This document shows positions 1 through 8,058 of a stretch of 64,000 bases of DNA, piece after piece. The stretch is from an uncultured Ruminococcus sp. (lineage in GTDB: Bacteria > Bacillota > Clostridia > Oscillospirales > Ruminococcaceae): the NCBI GenBank assembly GCA_902787365.1, contig CADAGC010000013.1, positions 2,893-66,892 on the forward strand, in the 5' to 3' direction. Position 1 is the stretch's first letter. Every line of letters begins with the position of its first letter. Position numbers and translations under genes: made by a program. The notes below the pieces were generated by a model. It ran no database searches. It saw only the letters and a program-made list of their open reading frames with translations, and had not been told where the DNA came from.

Positions 1-1419
1 AACACAGACAAGCCCAAGATAATGATCTTAGGCGGCGGCCCCAACAGAATAGGCCAGGGCATCGAGTTTGACTACTGCTGCGTTCACGCTGCACTTGCTC
101 TTAAGAAGCTGGGCTTTGAGTCGATAATCGTAAACTGCAACCCCGAGACAGTTTCTACCGACTATGACACATCTGACAAGCTCTATTTCGAGCCGCTTAC
201 CCTTGAAGATGTGCTTGCAATACACGACAAGGAAAAGCCTGTGGGCGTTATCGCACAGTTCGGCGGCCAGACACCGCTCAACCTTGCTAACGACCTTAAG
301 AAATACGGCGTAAACATACTCGGCACAACTCCCGAGACTATCGACCTTGCTGAGGACAGAGACCATTTCCGTGCTATGATGGACAAGCTTGGTATTCCTA
401 TGCCCGAAGCAGGCATGGCTGTCAACGTTGACGAGGCGCTCGAGATAGCCAACAAGATAGGCTACCCCGTAATGGTTCGCCCCTCTTACGTTTTAGGCGG
501 CAGAGGCATGGAGATAGTTCACGATGACGATATGATGAGAGTTTATATGTCGGCAGCCGTAGGCGTAACACCCGACAGACCTATTCTTATCGACAGATTC
601 TTAAACCACGCAACAGAGTGCGAGGCTGACGCTATATCCGACGGTGAGAACTGCTTTGTTCCCGCTGTTATGGAGCATATCGAGCTTGCGGGCGTTCACT
701 CGGGCGACTCGGCCTGCATACTCCCCTCAAAGAACCTCTCTGAAAAGACTGTTGCTACTATCAAGGAATACACCAAGAAGATAGCAGTCGAGATGAACGT
801 TAAGGGTCTTATGAATATGCAGTATGCTATTGAGGGCGACACGGTTTACGTGCTCGAAGCTAACCCCCGTGCATCACGTACAGTTCCGCTGGTATCAAAG
901 GTTTGCGACATCAATATGGTTAGAATCGCAACCGAGATAGTTACAGCACCCCTTACAGGCAAGCCTTCACCCGTTCCTGCACTTAAGGACAAGAAGATAG
1001 GCCACTACGGCGTTAAGGAAGCTGTATTCCCCTTCAATATGTTCCAGGAGGTTGACCCTGTGCTCGGCCCTGAGATGAGATCGACAGGCGAGGTGCTGGG
1101 TATTTCGCCTTCCTTCGGTGAAGCTTACTACAAGGCACAGGAGGCTACACAGACAAGACTTCCCTCCGAGGGCACAGTGCTTCTCTCGGTAAATGACAGA
1201 GACAAGTTCGAGCTTTTAGAGATCGCACACGCATTCAACGATCTCGGCTTCAACATTCTCGCAACAGGCGGCACATACAACATGATCAAGGAAGAGTCAA
1301 CACCCCCGCAGGCAAGTCGAGCGTTCATGATGACAGCTATATCAGAAAGGCAGCTATCAAGCACAGAGTTCCCTACATCACAACTATGGCAGCAGCCAAG
1401 GCAAGTGCCGAGGGCATAA
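1..1419 (+). CDS. carB: carbamoyl-phosphate synthase large subunit, C-terminal half (5' end outside window; 3' end frame-disrupted)
   Basis: Frame 1 from nt 1 reads KIMILGGGPNRIGQGIEFDYCCVH (second ATP-grasp module) through the start of the MGS-like domain (GTVLLSVNDRDKFELLEIAHAFNDLGFNILATGGTY). The tail after ~1296 is nonsense, while frame 3 carries the genuine C-terminus (VNTPAGKSSVHDDSYIRKAAIKHRVPYITT...) to TAA 1491-1493. Confidence 0.9.
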   Translation, partial: NTDKPKIMILGGGPNRIGQGIEFDYCCVHAALALKKLGFESIIVNCNPETVSTDYDTSDKLYFEPLTLEDVLAIHDKEKPVGVIAQFGGQTPLNLANDLKKYGVNILGTTPETIDLAEDRDHFRAMMDKLGIPMPEAGMAVNVDEALEIANKIGYPVMVRPSYVLGGRGMEIVHDDDMMRVYMSAAVGVTPDRPILIDRFLNHATECEADAISDGENCFVPAVMEHIELAGVHSGDSACILPSKNLSEKTVATIKEYTKKIAVEMNVKGLMNMQYAIEGDTVYVLEANPRASRTVPLVSKVCDINMVRIATEIVTAPLTGKPSPVPALKDKKIGHYGVKEAVFPFNMFQEVDPVLGPEMRSTGEVLGISPSFGEAYYKAQEATQTRLPSEGTVLLSVNDRDKFELLEIAHAFNDLGFNILATGGTYNMIKEESTPPQASRAFMMTAISERQLSSTEFPTSQLWQQPRQVPRA

Positions 1420-1501
1420 AGGCTATCAAGAGCAAGACACATTTCGGTGTCAAGAGCTTACAGGCACATCACGCTGATATAACAGAACTTTAATAACACA
1501 C

Positions 1502-1528
1502 AGCCGTTCCTTCGGGGGCGGCTTTGTT
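1502..1528 (+). terminator. rho-independent terminator candidate after carB
   Basis: GC-rich hairpin AGCCGTTCC-TTCG-GGGGCGGCT followed by TTGTT. A second hairpin ATCGCCC-TTGC-GGGCGAT lies at 1552-1569. Confidence 0.55.
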
Positions 1529-1720
1529 AGTTAACAGTTAACTGTTGAGGTATCGCCCTTGCGGGCGATTATTGGGCTTTTGAGTGCGGCGGCATATCTT
1601 TCTCTAAGTCTATGGTAACACGTTTTATCAAATTTTGCAATCGGCGGATAAAACAAAATTTCGATAATTCGATATGCAACAAAACGACAGACTGACTAAG
1701 CCTTTTTTCTTCGATTTGAA

Positions 1721-1878
1721 GACAGACAGACCGACTGACTGTCTGTCTATCCTTATCAGTCTCATTATCAGTATCATTATCAGTATCACTATGCAAAGAG
1801 TATGCAAAACTATGCATTTGCATCACTTTGCATTGCAAAAGTATGCACTTGCACAGACAGTCGGTCTGACAGTCTCAC
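1721..1878. repeat. inverted-repeat-flanked array of phased short direct repeats (non-coding)
   Basis: Left arm GACAGACAG-accgactga-CTGTCTGTC (1721-1747). An inverted related copy CAGACAGTCGGTCTGACAGTC lies at 1854-1874. Between them TTATCAGT occurs at 1753, 1765 and 1777 (12-bp period), followed by TATGCA units every 10-12 bp. Confidence 0.7.
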
Positions 1879-1997
1879 TAACAAAAGCAGTTACAGTCTC
1901 ATTATCATTAACAGCTAAGTTTGCTAAGTGTTGCTACCATATGCTAAGAATAATAATTGTGCACCTTGCATTGAATCCAAGGTTAACATTAAATACA

Positions 1998-2026
1998 TTG
2001 ACACAGCCGTGAGGTTATGCTATAAT
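1998..2026 (+). promoter_or_regulatory. sigma-A type promoter for metG
   Basis: TTGACA (1998-2003), 17-nt spacer, TATAAT (2021-2026); about 30 nt upstream of the start codon. Confidence 0.7.
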
Positions 2027-2053
2027 AGAAATAGTATTTTTATTTGAAAGAAA

Positions 2054-4078
2054 GTGAATCTAATGGGCAAGAACAAGGACAATAACGGCAGACCCTTTGA
2101 GATACCACGCCCCGAATTCCCCAAGCGTGCGGTAATCACAGGCGGTATGCCTTACGGTAATAAAGAGCTGCATTTCGGCCACGTCGGCGGTATGCTCACC
2201 TTTGCTGACACCTATGCACGTTTCCTGCGTGACAGGATAGGCGAGGAGAATGTTATATTCGTCTCGGGCACAGACTGCTACGGCTCGCCTATAGCAGAGG
2301 GCTGGAGAAAGAAATGCGAGAGCGGCGAGTTTGAGGGCACGCTTGAAGAGTTCGTGCAAAGAAACCACGAAAAGCAGAAAGCCACACTTGACGCCTACGG
2401 CATAAGCCCGAATCTTTTCGGCGCATCGGGTCTGGGCAGAACTAAGGAAGTTCACGCCAAAGTAACCGAGCGCTTTATACGCTCGCTTTACGAAAAGGGT
2501 CAGCTTGAAAGAATAACCACAATGCAGTTCTTTGACGAGAAAGCAGGGGTGTTCTTAAACGGCAGGCAGGTAGTGGGCAAGTGCCCTGTTGAGGGGTGCA
2601 ATTCCGAGAAAGGCTATGCTGACGAGTGCGACTTAGGCCACCAGTATATGCCCGAAAACCTGATAGACCCCGTGAGCACACTCACAGGCGAAAAGCCCTC
2701 GATGAAGCCCGTAACAAACTGGTATTTCAAGCTTCCCGAATACGAGGGCAAGATGAAAGACTGGGTAGAGGAGCTCAAAAAGCGCAAGGACATACGCCCT
2801 GTTGTGTGGAAGACGATAGACGAATTCTTAAAAGCGCCCGTGATCTACATAAAGCGTGAGTTTGAGGAGAAATACCTTGCAATAAAGGACAAGCTGCCTG
2901 CTCACGAGTATCTGGAGGAGCCGAAGAAGCCCTCATTCACCATACAGTTTGAGAAATTAGCCGACAGCGACGAGGCGCACCGCATACTCACAAACGAGGG
3001 TATCAGGTGCAGAACGGGCAAGACGCTCGTGCCGTTCAGGCTCACAGGCAACATCGAGTGGGGCGTGCCCGCACCGACTTTAGAGGACGAGGAGCCGCTT
3101 ACAGTATGGGTATGGCCTGAGTCGCTCTGGGCGCCTATATCCTTCACGCAGGCGTATTTAGAGAGCAAGGGTGCAGCCGAGGACGAGTGGAAGAAATACT
3201 GGTGCAGCAAGGACGCACAGGTGATACAGTTCATCGGGCAGGATAACATATACTTCTACGGCATAGCCGAGCCTGCAATGTGGATGGCACAGCAGGCAGC
3301 AGCCGACAAGAGCGCACAGCCCGAAGAGGGAGAATTACAGCTGCCGATAATCTGCGCTAACCACCACATACTCTTCCTTGACAAGAAAGCTTCAAGCTCA
3401 GGCTCTGTAAAGCCGCCCATGGCTGACGAGCTGCTTGATTACTACACACCCGAGCAGTTGAGAATGCACTGGCTGGGCTTAGGTCTTGGTCAGCGCTCGG
3501 TAAGCTTTATGCCCAAGCCCATGAACCCCGACGCAAAGCCCGAAGACGCCGACCCTGTTGTAAAGGACGGCCTGCTTTTATCAAACGTTTACAACAGAAT
3601 GATAAGAACGGCGTTCTACACCAACCAGAAGCGTTTTGGCAGCAAGCTGCCCGAGGTAAGCCCGAGCGAGCAGGTGCTTGCAGAGGGCAAAAAGGCGGTG
3701 CTTGATTTCGAGCGCCATATGTCGAGGTTTGCGTTCCACCAGTGTACCTATGTGCTTGACAGCTACATAAGAAATGGCAGCAAGTACATGGCAAAGGCGA
3801 TAAAAGACCCCGACGAGATGTCTGACGACGAGCTTGTGCAGGCTTTGGCTGACCTTTTCTACATGATAAGGATAGCTGCAATACTGCTCCACCCGCTCGC
3901 ACCTTTCGGCACGGAAAAGCTGCGTGAATACCTACAGCTTGATGAGCGCATATGGAGCTGGGAGACGGTGTTTGAGCCGCTGAATTTCTTTGCCGCTGAG
4001 GGTCACGAGCTTAAGTTCCTGCCCCCGAGGACGGATTTCTTTACAAGGCATGAGAGCCAGTTCGGTGAAAATGCGTAA
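2054..4078 (+). CDS. metG: methionine--tRNA ligase
   Basis: MPYGNKELHFGHVGG (PYxNGxLHxGH class-I signature) and Zn-knuckle CPVEGCNSEKGYADECDLGH. A KMSKS-like region (DKKASSSGS) follows. Start may be ATG 2063 rather than GTG 2054. Confidence 0.85.
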   Translation: MNLMGKNKDNNGRPFEIPRPEFPKRAVITGGMPYGNKELHFGHVGGMLTFADTYARFLRDRIGEENVIFVSGTDCYGSPIAEGWRKKCESGEFEGTLEEFVQRNHEKQKATLDAYGISPNLFGASGLGRTKEVHAKVTERFIRSLYEKGQLERITTMQFFDEKAGVFLNGRQVVGKCPVEGCNSEKGYADECDLGHQYMPENLIDPVSTLTGEKPSMKPVTNWYFKLPEYEGKMKDWVEELKKRKDIRPVVWKTIDEFLKAPVIYIKREFEEKYLAIKDKLPAHEYLEEPKKPSFTIQFEKLADSDEAHRILTNEGIRCRTGKTLVPFRLTGNIEWGVPAPTLEDEEPLTVWVWPESLWAPISFTQAYLESKGAAEDEWKKYWCSKDAQVIQFIGQDNIYFYGIAEPAMWMAQQAAADKSAQPEEGELQLPIICANHHILFLDKKASSSGSVKPPMADELLDYYTPEQLRMHWLGLGLGQRSVSFMPKPMNPDAKPEDADPVVKDGLLLSNVYNRMIRTAFYTNQKRFGSKLPEVSPSEQVLAEGKKAVLDFERHMSRFAFHQCTYVLDSYIRNGSKYMAKAIKDPDEMSDDELVQALADLFYMIRIAAILLHPLAPFGTEKLREYLQLDERIWSWETVFEPLNFFAAEGHELKFLPPRTDFFTRHESQFGENA

Positions 4079-4240
4079 GCATTTTCACAATTCATAATGA
4101 AGGTGTGCGGCTTACGCCGCATTATCATCAATTAGCAAAACAACACCCCCGAAGTCATCAAGACCTCGGGGGCTATTTTTTAGATCCGTCCGCCGCAGGC
4201 GGACACCATAATTATGCATTATGCATTATGAATTATGCAT
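4079..4240. repeat. mosaic hairpin element, copy A (ATGCATAA-octamer family)
   Basis: Degenerate left end (aattcataatgaagg). Hairpins: TGCGGC-ttac-GCCGCA (4106-4121), CCCCCGA...TCGGGGG (4145-4171) and GTCCGCC-gca-GGCGGAC (4188-4204). Right end is ccataattatgcattatgcattatgaattatgcat (4206-4240). The same modules occur at 11265-11452. Confidence 0.85.
4145..4181 (+). terminator. rho-independent terminator of metG (inside repeat copy A)
   Basis: Stem CCCCCGA / TCGGGGG followed by CTATTTTTT. Confidence 0.7.
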
Positions 4241-4375
4241 TTACCTGTGGCATTTGCCGCAGGTATCGCATCCGCAGCCACAGCCTCCTGAACGTTTTGC
4301 CTTGACAGTATGTCTTACAGCAAGAAAGACGCAAACTGCGATTATCAGAATGAGTATTATATCAACAGGATTCAT
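4241..4375 (-). CDS. FeoB-associated Cys-rich membrane protein
   Basis: MNPVDIILILIIAVCVFLAVRHTVKAKRSGGCGCGCDTCGKCHR: one TM helix plus a CGCGCxxCxxC tail. GGAGGG SD; sits directly downstream of feoB. The tracked ORF start (4426) is upstream of the SD-supported ATG 4375. Confidence 0.8.
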   Translation of the reverse strand: MNPVDIILILIIAVCVFLAVRHTVKAKRSGGCGCGCDTCGKCHR

Positions 4376-4385
4376 ATTATCCCTC

Positions 4386-6722
4386 CTAAACAAGTGAGCC
4401 GATAAGGTGAACGACAAGGGCGGCAAACCACGCTATTGCGCATTGCCATACGACAACTGCGGCTGCCCACTTGGCGCCCAGCTCACGCTTGACTGCGGCG
4501 ATAGCTGCAACGCAGGGGGTATACAGCAGCGAGAAGACCAGAAGACAAGCAGCAGAAAGCGAAGTCATAGCCGCTGCAACGCCGCCCGAATAGAGTATCT
4601 CAAGCGTTGATACGACGCTTTCCTTTGCCATAAAGCCCGATATGAGTGCGACGAGGATCTGCCAGTCGTCAAGGCCTATGGGCTTCATTATAGGGGTTAT
4701 GAGCGATGCGAGGGTGGCAAGAATACTCTCCTCGGCGTTGTCGGTCATTTGCAGGCTGAAGTTGAATTTCTGCAAAAACCACACGATGATAGTTGCTAAG
4801 AGTATCACCGAGAACGCACGCTGCAAAAAGTCCTTTGCCTTTTCCCACAAAAGCTGTGAGACGTTTTTAACAGCAGGCAGGCGGTAGTTTGGCAGCTCCA
4901 TTACAAAGGGCACGGCCTCGCCTTTGAATACCGTTCCCTTATAGAGAAGCGCCGCAAGTATGCCTACGATTATTCCCAAGAGATATAGCCCGACCATTAT
5001 AAGCCCGCCCTTTTTAGGGAAGAAAGCGTTGACAAAGAATGCGTAGATAGGCAGCTTTGCAGTACAGCTCATAAACGGGGTGAGGAGAATGGTCATCTTT
5101 CTGTCACGCTCACTTGGCAGGGTGCGTGTAGCCATTACAGCAGGCACCGAGCAGCCGAAGCCTATGAGCATAGGCACGATACTTCGCCCCGAAAGGCCAA
5201 TTTTGCGCAGCAGCTTATCCATAAAGAACGCAACTCTTGCGATATAGCCGCTGTCCTCCAAAAGCGAGAGGAACAAAAACAGTATCACGATTATCGGCAG
5301 GAAGCTTATGACACTACCCACACCTGCGAATATGCCGTCAATTATCAGGCTGTGTATGACCGAGTTGACGCCGGCGTTATCAAGCGCCTTGTCGCACACG
5401 GCTGTGAGCTTGTCAACGCCTTTTTCGCAAAGCTCCTGAAAGAACGCACCTATGACGTTGAATGTAAGGAAGAACACCAGCGCCATTATGCCGATAAACG
5501 TGGGTATAGCCGTGTATTTGCCCGTAAGCACCGTATCTATGCGGCGTGAGCGAATGTGTTCCTTGCTCTCGTGGGGCTTGGTAACGCACTCGGCGCAGAG
5601 CCTTTGAATAAACGAAAAGCGCATATCAGCAATAGCCGCACTCCTGTCAAGCCCACGCTCTTTTTCCATTTGGGTGACGATGTGTTCAAGGGTCTCGATC
5701 TCGTTCTGGTCGAGTTTGAGTTTGGTGATAACGAGGGGGTCGTCCTCCGTTACCTTGCTTGCTGCGAATTTAAGCGGCAGGCCTGCCTTTTCGGCGTGGT
5801 CTTCTATCAGGTGAGATATGCCGTGCAGGCAGCGGTGTACTGCGCCGCCGTGCTCTGTCTTGTCGCAAAAATCCTGCCTAAGAGGCTTTTCCTGATAGTG
5901 CGCTATATGGATTGCGTGCTCTACAAGCTCGTCAACGCCCTGATTTTTCGCCGCAGATATCGGCACAACGGGCACGCCCAAGAGCTGCTCCATTTCGTTT
6001 ACGTCGATAGAGCCGCCGTTAGAGGTCAGCTCGTCCATCATATTGAGCGCCACCACCATAGGCACATCAAGTTCTAAAAGCTGCATCGTGAGGTAGAGGT
6101 TGCGCTCGATGTTTGTTACATCAAGGATATTTATGATAGCGTGGGGCTTTTCGTCTATGACGAAGTTTCGTGAGACTATCTCCTCGCTCGAATAGGGCGA
6201 CATTGAGTATATGCCCGGCAGGTCGGTTATCAGCGTGTCGGGGTGGCCGATTATTGCCCCATCCTTACGGTCAACAGTCACGCCGGGGAAGTTGCCTACG
6301 TGCTGCTTTGAGCCGGTTAGGCGGTTAAAGAGTGTGGTCTTGCCGCAGTTCTGGTTGCCCACCAAGGCAAAGCGCATTGTCTCGCCCTCGGGCAGCGGCG
6401 TGCCGTCGCCTTTTGCGTGAAAGCGCCCGCCCTCGCCAAGACCCGGGTGCTCGGAATGTTTTTTCTTTCTGGTTTTCTGCTCGTCGGCCTTTGCTTCATC
6501 TATGGGGGAGACTTCTATATGCGCTGCATCATCAAGCCGCAGGGTAAGCTCATACCCCCGAAGCCGCAGCTCCATAGGGTCGCCCATCGGGGCAAACTTT
6601 ACAAGCGTTACCTCGGTGCCCTGAATAAGCCCCATATCAAGAAAATGCTGTCTCAGCGCCCCGTTTCCGCCAAGAGCCTCGACCCGCACAGTCTCGCCAA
6701 TGCCTATATCTCTGAGTGTCAA
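4386..6722 (-). CDS. feoB: ferrous iron transporter, FeoA-FeoB fusion
   Basis: N-terminal FeoA-like SH3 domain (GETVRVEALGGNGALRQHFLDMGLIQGTEVTLVK). G-domain FALVGNQNCGKTTLFNRLTG, then a polytopic membrane domain. TTG start, TAG stop. Confidence 0.9.
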   Translation of the reverse strand: MTLRDIGIGETVRVEALGGNGALRQHFLDMGLIQGTEVTLVKFAPMGDPMELRLRGYELTLRLDDAAHIEVSPIDEAKADEQKTRKKKHSEHPGLGEGGRFHAKGDGTPLPEGETMRFALVGNQNCGKTTLFNRLTGSKQHVGNFPGVTVDRKDGAIIGHPDTLITDLPGIYSMSPYSSEEIVSRNFVIDEKPHAIINILDVTNIERNLYLTMQLLELDVPMVVALNMMDELTSNGGSIDVNEMEQLLGVPVVPISAAKNQGVDELVEHAIHIAHYQEKPLRQDFCDKTEHGGAVHRCLHGISHLIEDHAEKAGLPLKFAASKVTEDDPLVITKLKLDQNEIETLEHIVTQMEKERGLDRSAAIADMRFSFIQRLCAECVTKPHESKEHIRSRRIDTVLTGKYTAIPTFIGIMALVFFLTFNVIGAFFQELCEKGVDKLTAVCDKALDNAGVNSVIHSLIIDGIFAGVGSVISFLPIIVILFLFLSLLEDSGYIARVAFFMDKLLRKIGLSGRSIVPMLIGFGCSVPAVMATRTLPSERDRKMTILLTPFMSCTAKLPIYAFFVNAFFPKKGGLIMVGLYLLGIIVGILAALLYKGTVFKGEAVPFVMELPNYRLPAVKNVSQLLWEKAKDFLQRAFSVILLATIIVWFLQKFNFSLQMTDNAEESILATLASLITPIMKPIGLDDWQILVALISGFMAKESVVSTLEILYSGGVAAAMTSLSAACLLVFSLLYTPCVAAIAAVKRELGAKWAAAVVVWQCAIAWFAALVVHLIGSLV

Positions 6723-6761
6723 ATCACGTTACTCCCTTCAAAGTTAACTTTAGCTAACTTT

Positions 6762-6790
6762 ATTATAGCACATCAGTTACCGCAAAGCAA
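6762..6790 (-). promoter_or_regulatory. promoter candidate for feoB
   Basis: On the minus strand TTGCTT, 17 nt, TGcTATAAT. Followed by palindromes AAAGTTAACTTT (6740-6751) and TTAGCTAA (6750-6757) in the leader. Confidence 0.5.
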
Positions 6791-6930
6791 CCGCACAGGG
6801 GGAAAGTTAACACTCTTTTTACAATACAATGCACAATTATGGTATCGCCTGCGCCGATATATGGCCATTCGGCCTGTTAGGAAAGTGTTTTTGATTATTA
6901 GTATTTATTCTTTTTCTGGCAAACTTTTAA

Positions 6931-7040
6931 AATCCGTCCGCCGCAAGGCCAACGTTTTGCACAGCAAAACTTGCGATTTATCCGCTTGCGGATAAATCAA
7001 GACACCATAATTATGCATTATGAATTATGCATTGTGCATT
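6931..7040. repeat. mosaic hairpin element, copy B (partial)
   Basis: aatccgtccgccgca module. Hairpins GTTTTGC-aca-GCAAAAC (6954-6970) and GATTTATCCGC-tt-GCGGATAAATC (6975-6998). Octamer end ccataattatgcattatgaattatgcattgtgcatt (7005-7040). Its reverse complement is embedded in copy D. Confidence 0.85.
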
Positions 7041-7058
7041 GCCTGATCGTGCATTGAT

Positions 7059-7087
7059 TTGACATTACACTAAAAAGGTAGTATAAT
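7059..7087 (+). promoter_or_regulatory. sigma-A type promoter for the pfkB-family kinase gene
   Basis: TTGACA (7059-7064), 17 nt, TATAAT (7082-7087). Confidence 0.65.
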
Positions 7088-7118
7088 CATACTATATCTG
7101 ATTTTCGGAGGTAACAAA

Positions 7119-8015
7119 ATGATATATACGGTAACATTCAATCCTGCAATAGATTACGTGGTGAGAACGCCTGAGCTTGTGGCGGGGGCGGTCAACCGTG
7201 CGCAGAGCGAGCAGATGTTTTTCGGCGGCAAGGGGATAAATGTCTCCTGCGTGTTAAAAGAGCTTGGCGTGCAGAGCGTGGCTCTGGGCTTTACTGCGGG
7301 CTTTACGGGCGAGGCGATAGAGAAAGGCCTTGCGGATATGGGCATAGATACCGCCTTTGTAAGGCTCAAAAGCGGCTGCTCACGCATAAACGTCAAGATA
7401 AAGGCCGACGCCGAGACAGAGCTTAACGGCAAAGGCCCTGACATAGACAAAGAGTCGCTCAGGAAACTGTTTGAAAAGCTTGACGGCCTGAAAAACGGCG
7501 ATACATTGGTACTTGCGGGCAGCGTGCCGCCCTCTTTGCCGAGCGATATCTACGAGCAGATCTTAGCACGTCTTGACGGGCGTGGGATAAGGGCTGTGGT
7601 TGACGCAACAGGCGGGCTTTTGCTCAATGTGCTTAAATACAGGCCGTTTCTTATCAAGCCAAATAATATCGAGCTTGGCGAGCTGTTCGGCGTGACGCTT
7701 GAAAGCGATGAGGATATAGAAAAATACGCCCGAAAGCTTAGAGATATGGGTGCAGCAAACGTGCTTGTATCAATGGCGGGCGACGGGGCTATGCTTATCG
7801 ACGAGCAAGGCGAAGTTCACCGCTGCGGCGTATGCAAAGGCGAGGTAGTAAACTCGGTCGGTGCGGGGGATTCCATGCTTGCGGGCTTTCTTGCAGGGGC
7901 GCAGCAGGGGTATGATCATGCACTAAAGCTCGGCACGGCCTGCGGCGGCGCCACGGCGTTTTCAAGCGGGCTGGCGGAGAGAAAGATGATTAATGAGATG
8001 CTGGGGACGCTTTAA
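7119..8015 (+). CDS. pfkB: 1-phosphofructokinase family hexose kinase (PfkB family)
   Basis: MIYTVTFNPAIDYVV N-terminus, GGKGINVS, and C-terminal VNSVGAGDSMLAGF motif typical of FruK/LacC-type PfkB kinases. Confidence 0.85.
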   Translation: MIYTVTFNPAIDYVVRTPELVAGAVNRAQSEQMFFGGKGINVSCVLKELGVQSVALGFTAGFTGEAIEKGLADMGIDTAFVRLKSGCSRINVKIKADAETELNGKGPDIDKESLRKLFEKLDGLKNGDTLVLAGSVPPSLPSDIYEQILARLDGRGIRAVVDATGGLLLNVLKYRPFLIKPNNIELGELFGVTLESDEDIEKYARKLRDMGAANVLVSMAGDGAMLIDEQGEVHRCGVCKGEVVNSVGAGDSMLAGFLAGAQQGYDHALKLGTACGGATAFSSGLAERKMINEMLGTL

Positions 8016-8058
8016 TAGAGATATAAAACGGACAGATATATTGAAAGAGAGTAATAAA

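Noticed and set aside
1674-2012. 112-aa ORF (and antisense 1569..1838) in the carB-metG spacer
   Set aside because: The translation is low-complexity and driven by the short DNA repeats. The ORF runs across the metG promoter and has no SD.
1494-2053. Possible T-box leader for metG
   Set aside because: No T-box sequence (AAnnnGGGTGGTACCGCG-like), specifier loop or terminator/antiterminator pair is visible. The best promoter lies only ~30 nt from the start codon.
4206-4240. Octamer arrays as a CRISPR-like array
   Set aside because: The repeat unit is only 8 nt, with no spacers and no cas genes. The arrays are the inverted termini of a mosaic repeat element.
4105-4305. Small ORFs running through the repeat elements (also 6417..6995, 11306..11728, 10853..11296, 52342..52698, 52787..53047), giving peptides such as HYALCIMNYAL
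   Set aside because: They are translations of the ATGCATAA octamer arrays and hairpin modules. They have no SD and overlap real genes or terminators, and the recurring peptide words simply mirror the DNA repeat.
6886-6912. Fur box upstream of feoB (tgtttttgattattagtatttattc)
   Set aside because: It gives only a partial match to TGATAATNATTATCA and lies ~100 nt upstream of the predicted -35 box, so it is too weak to call.
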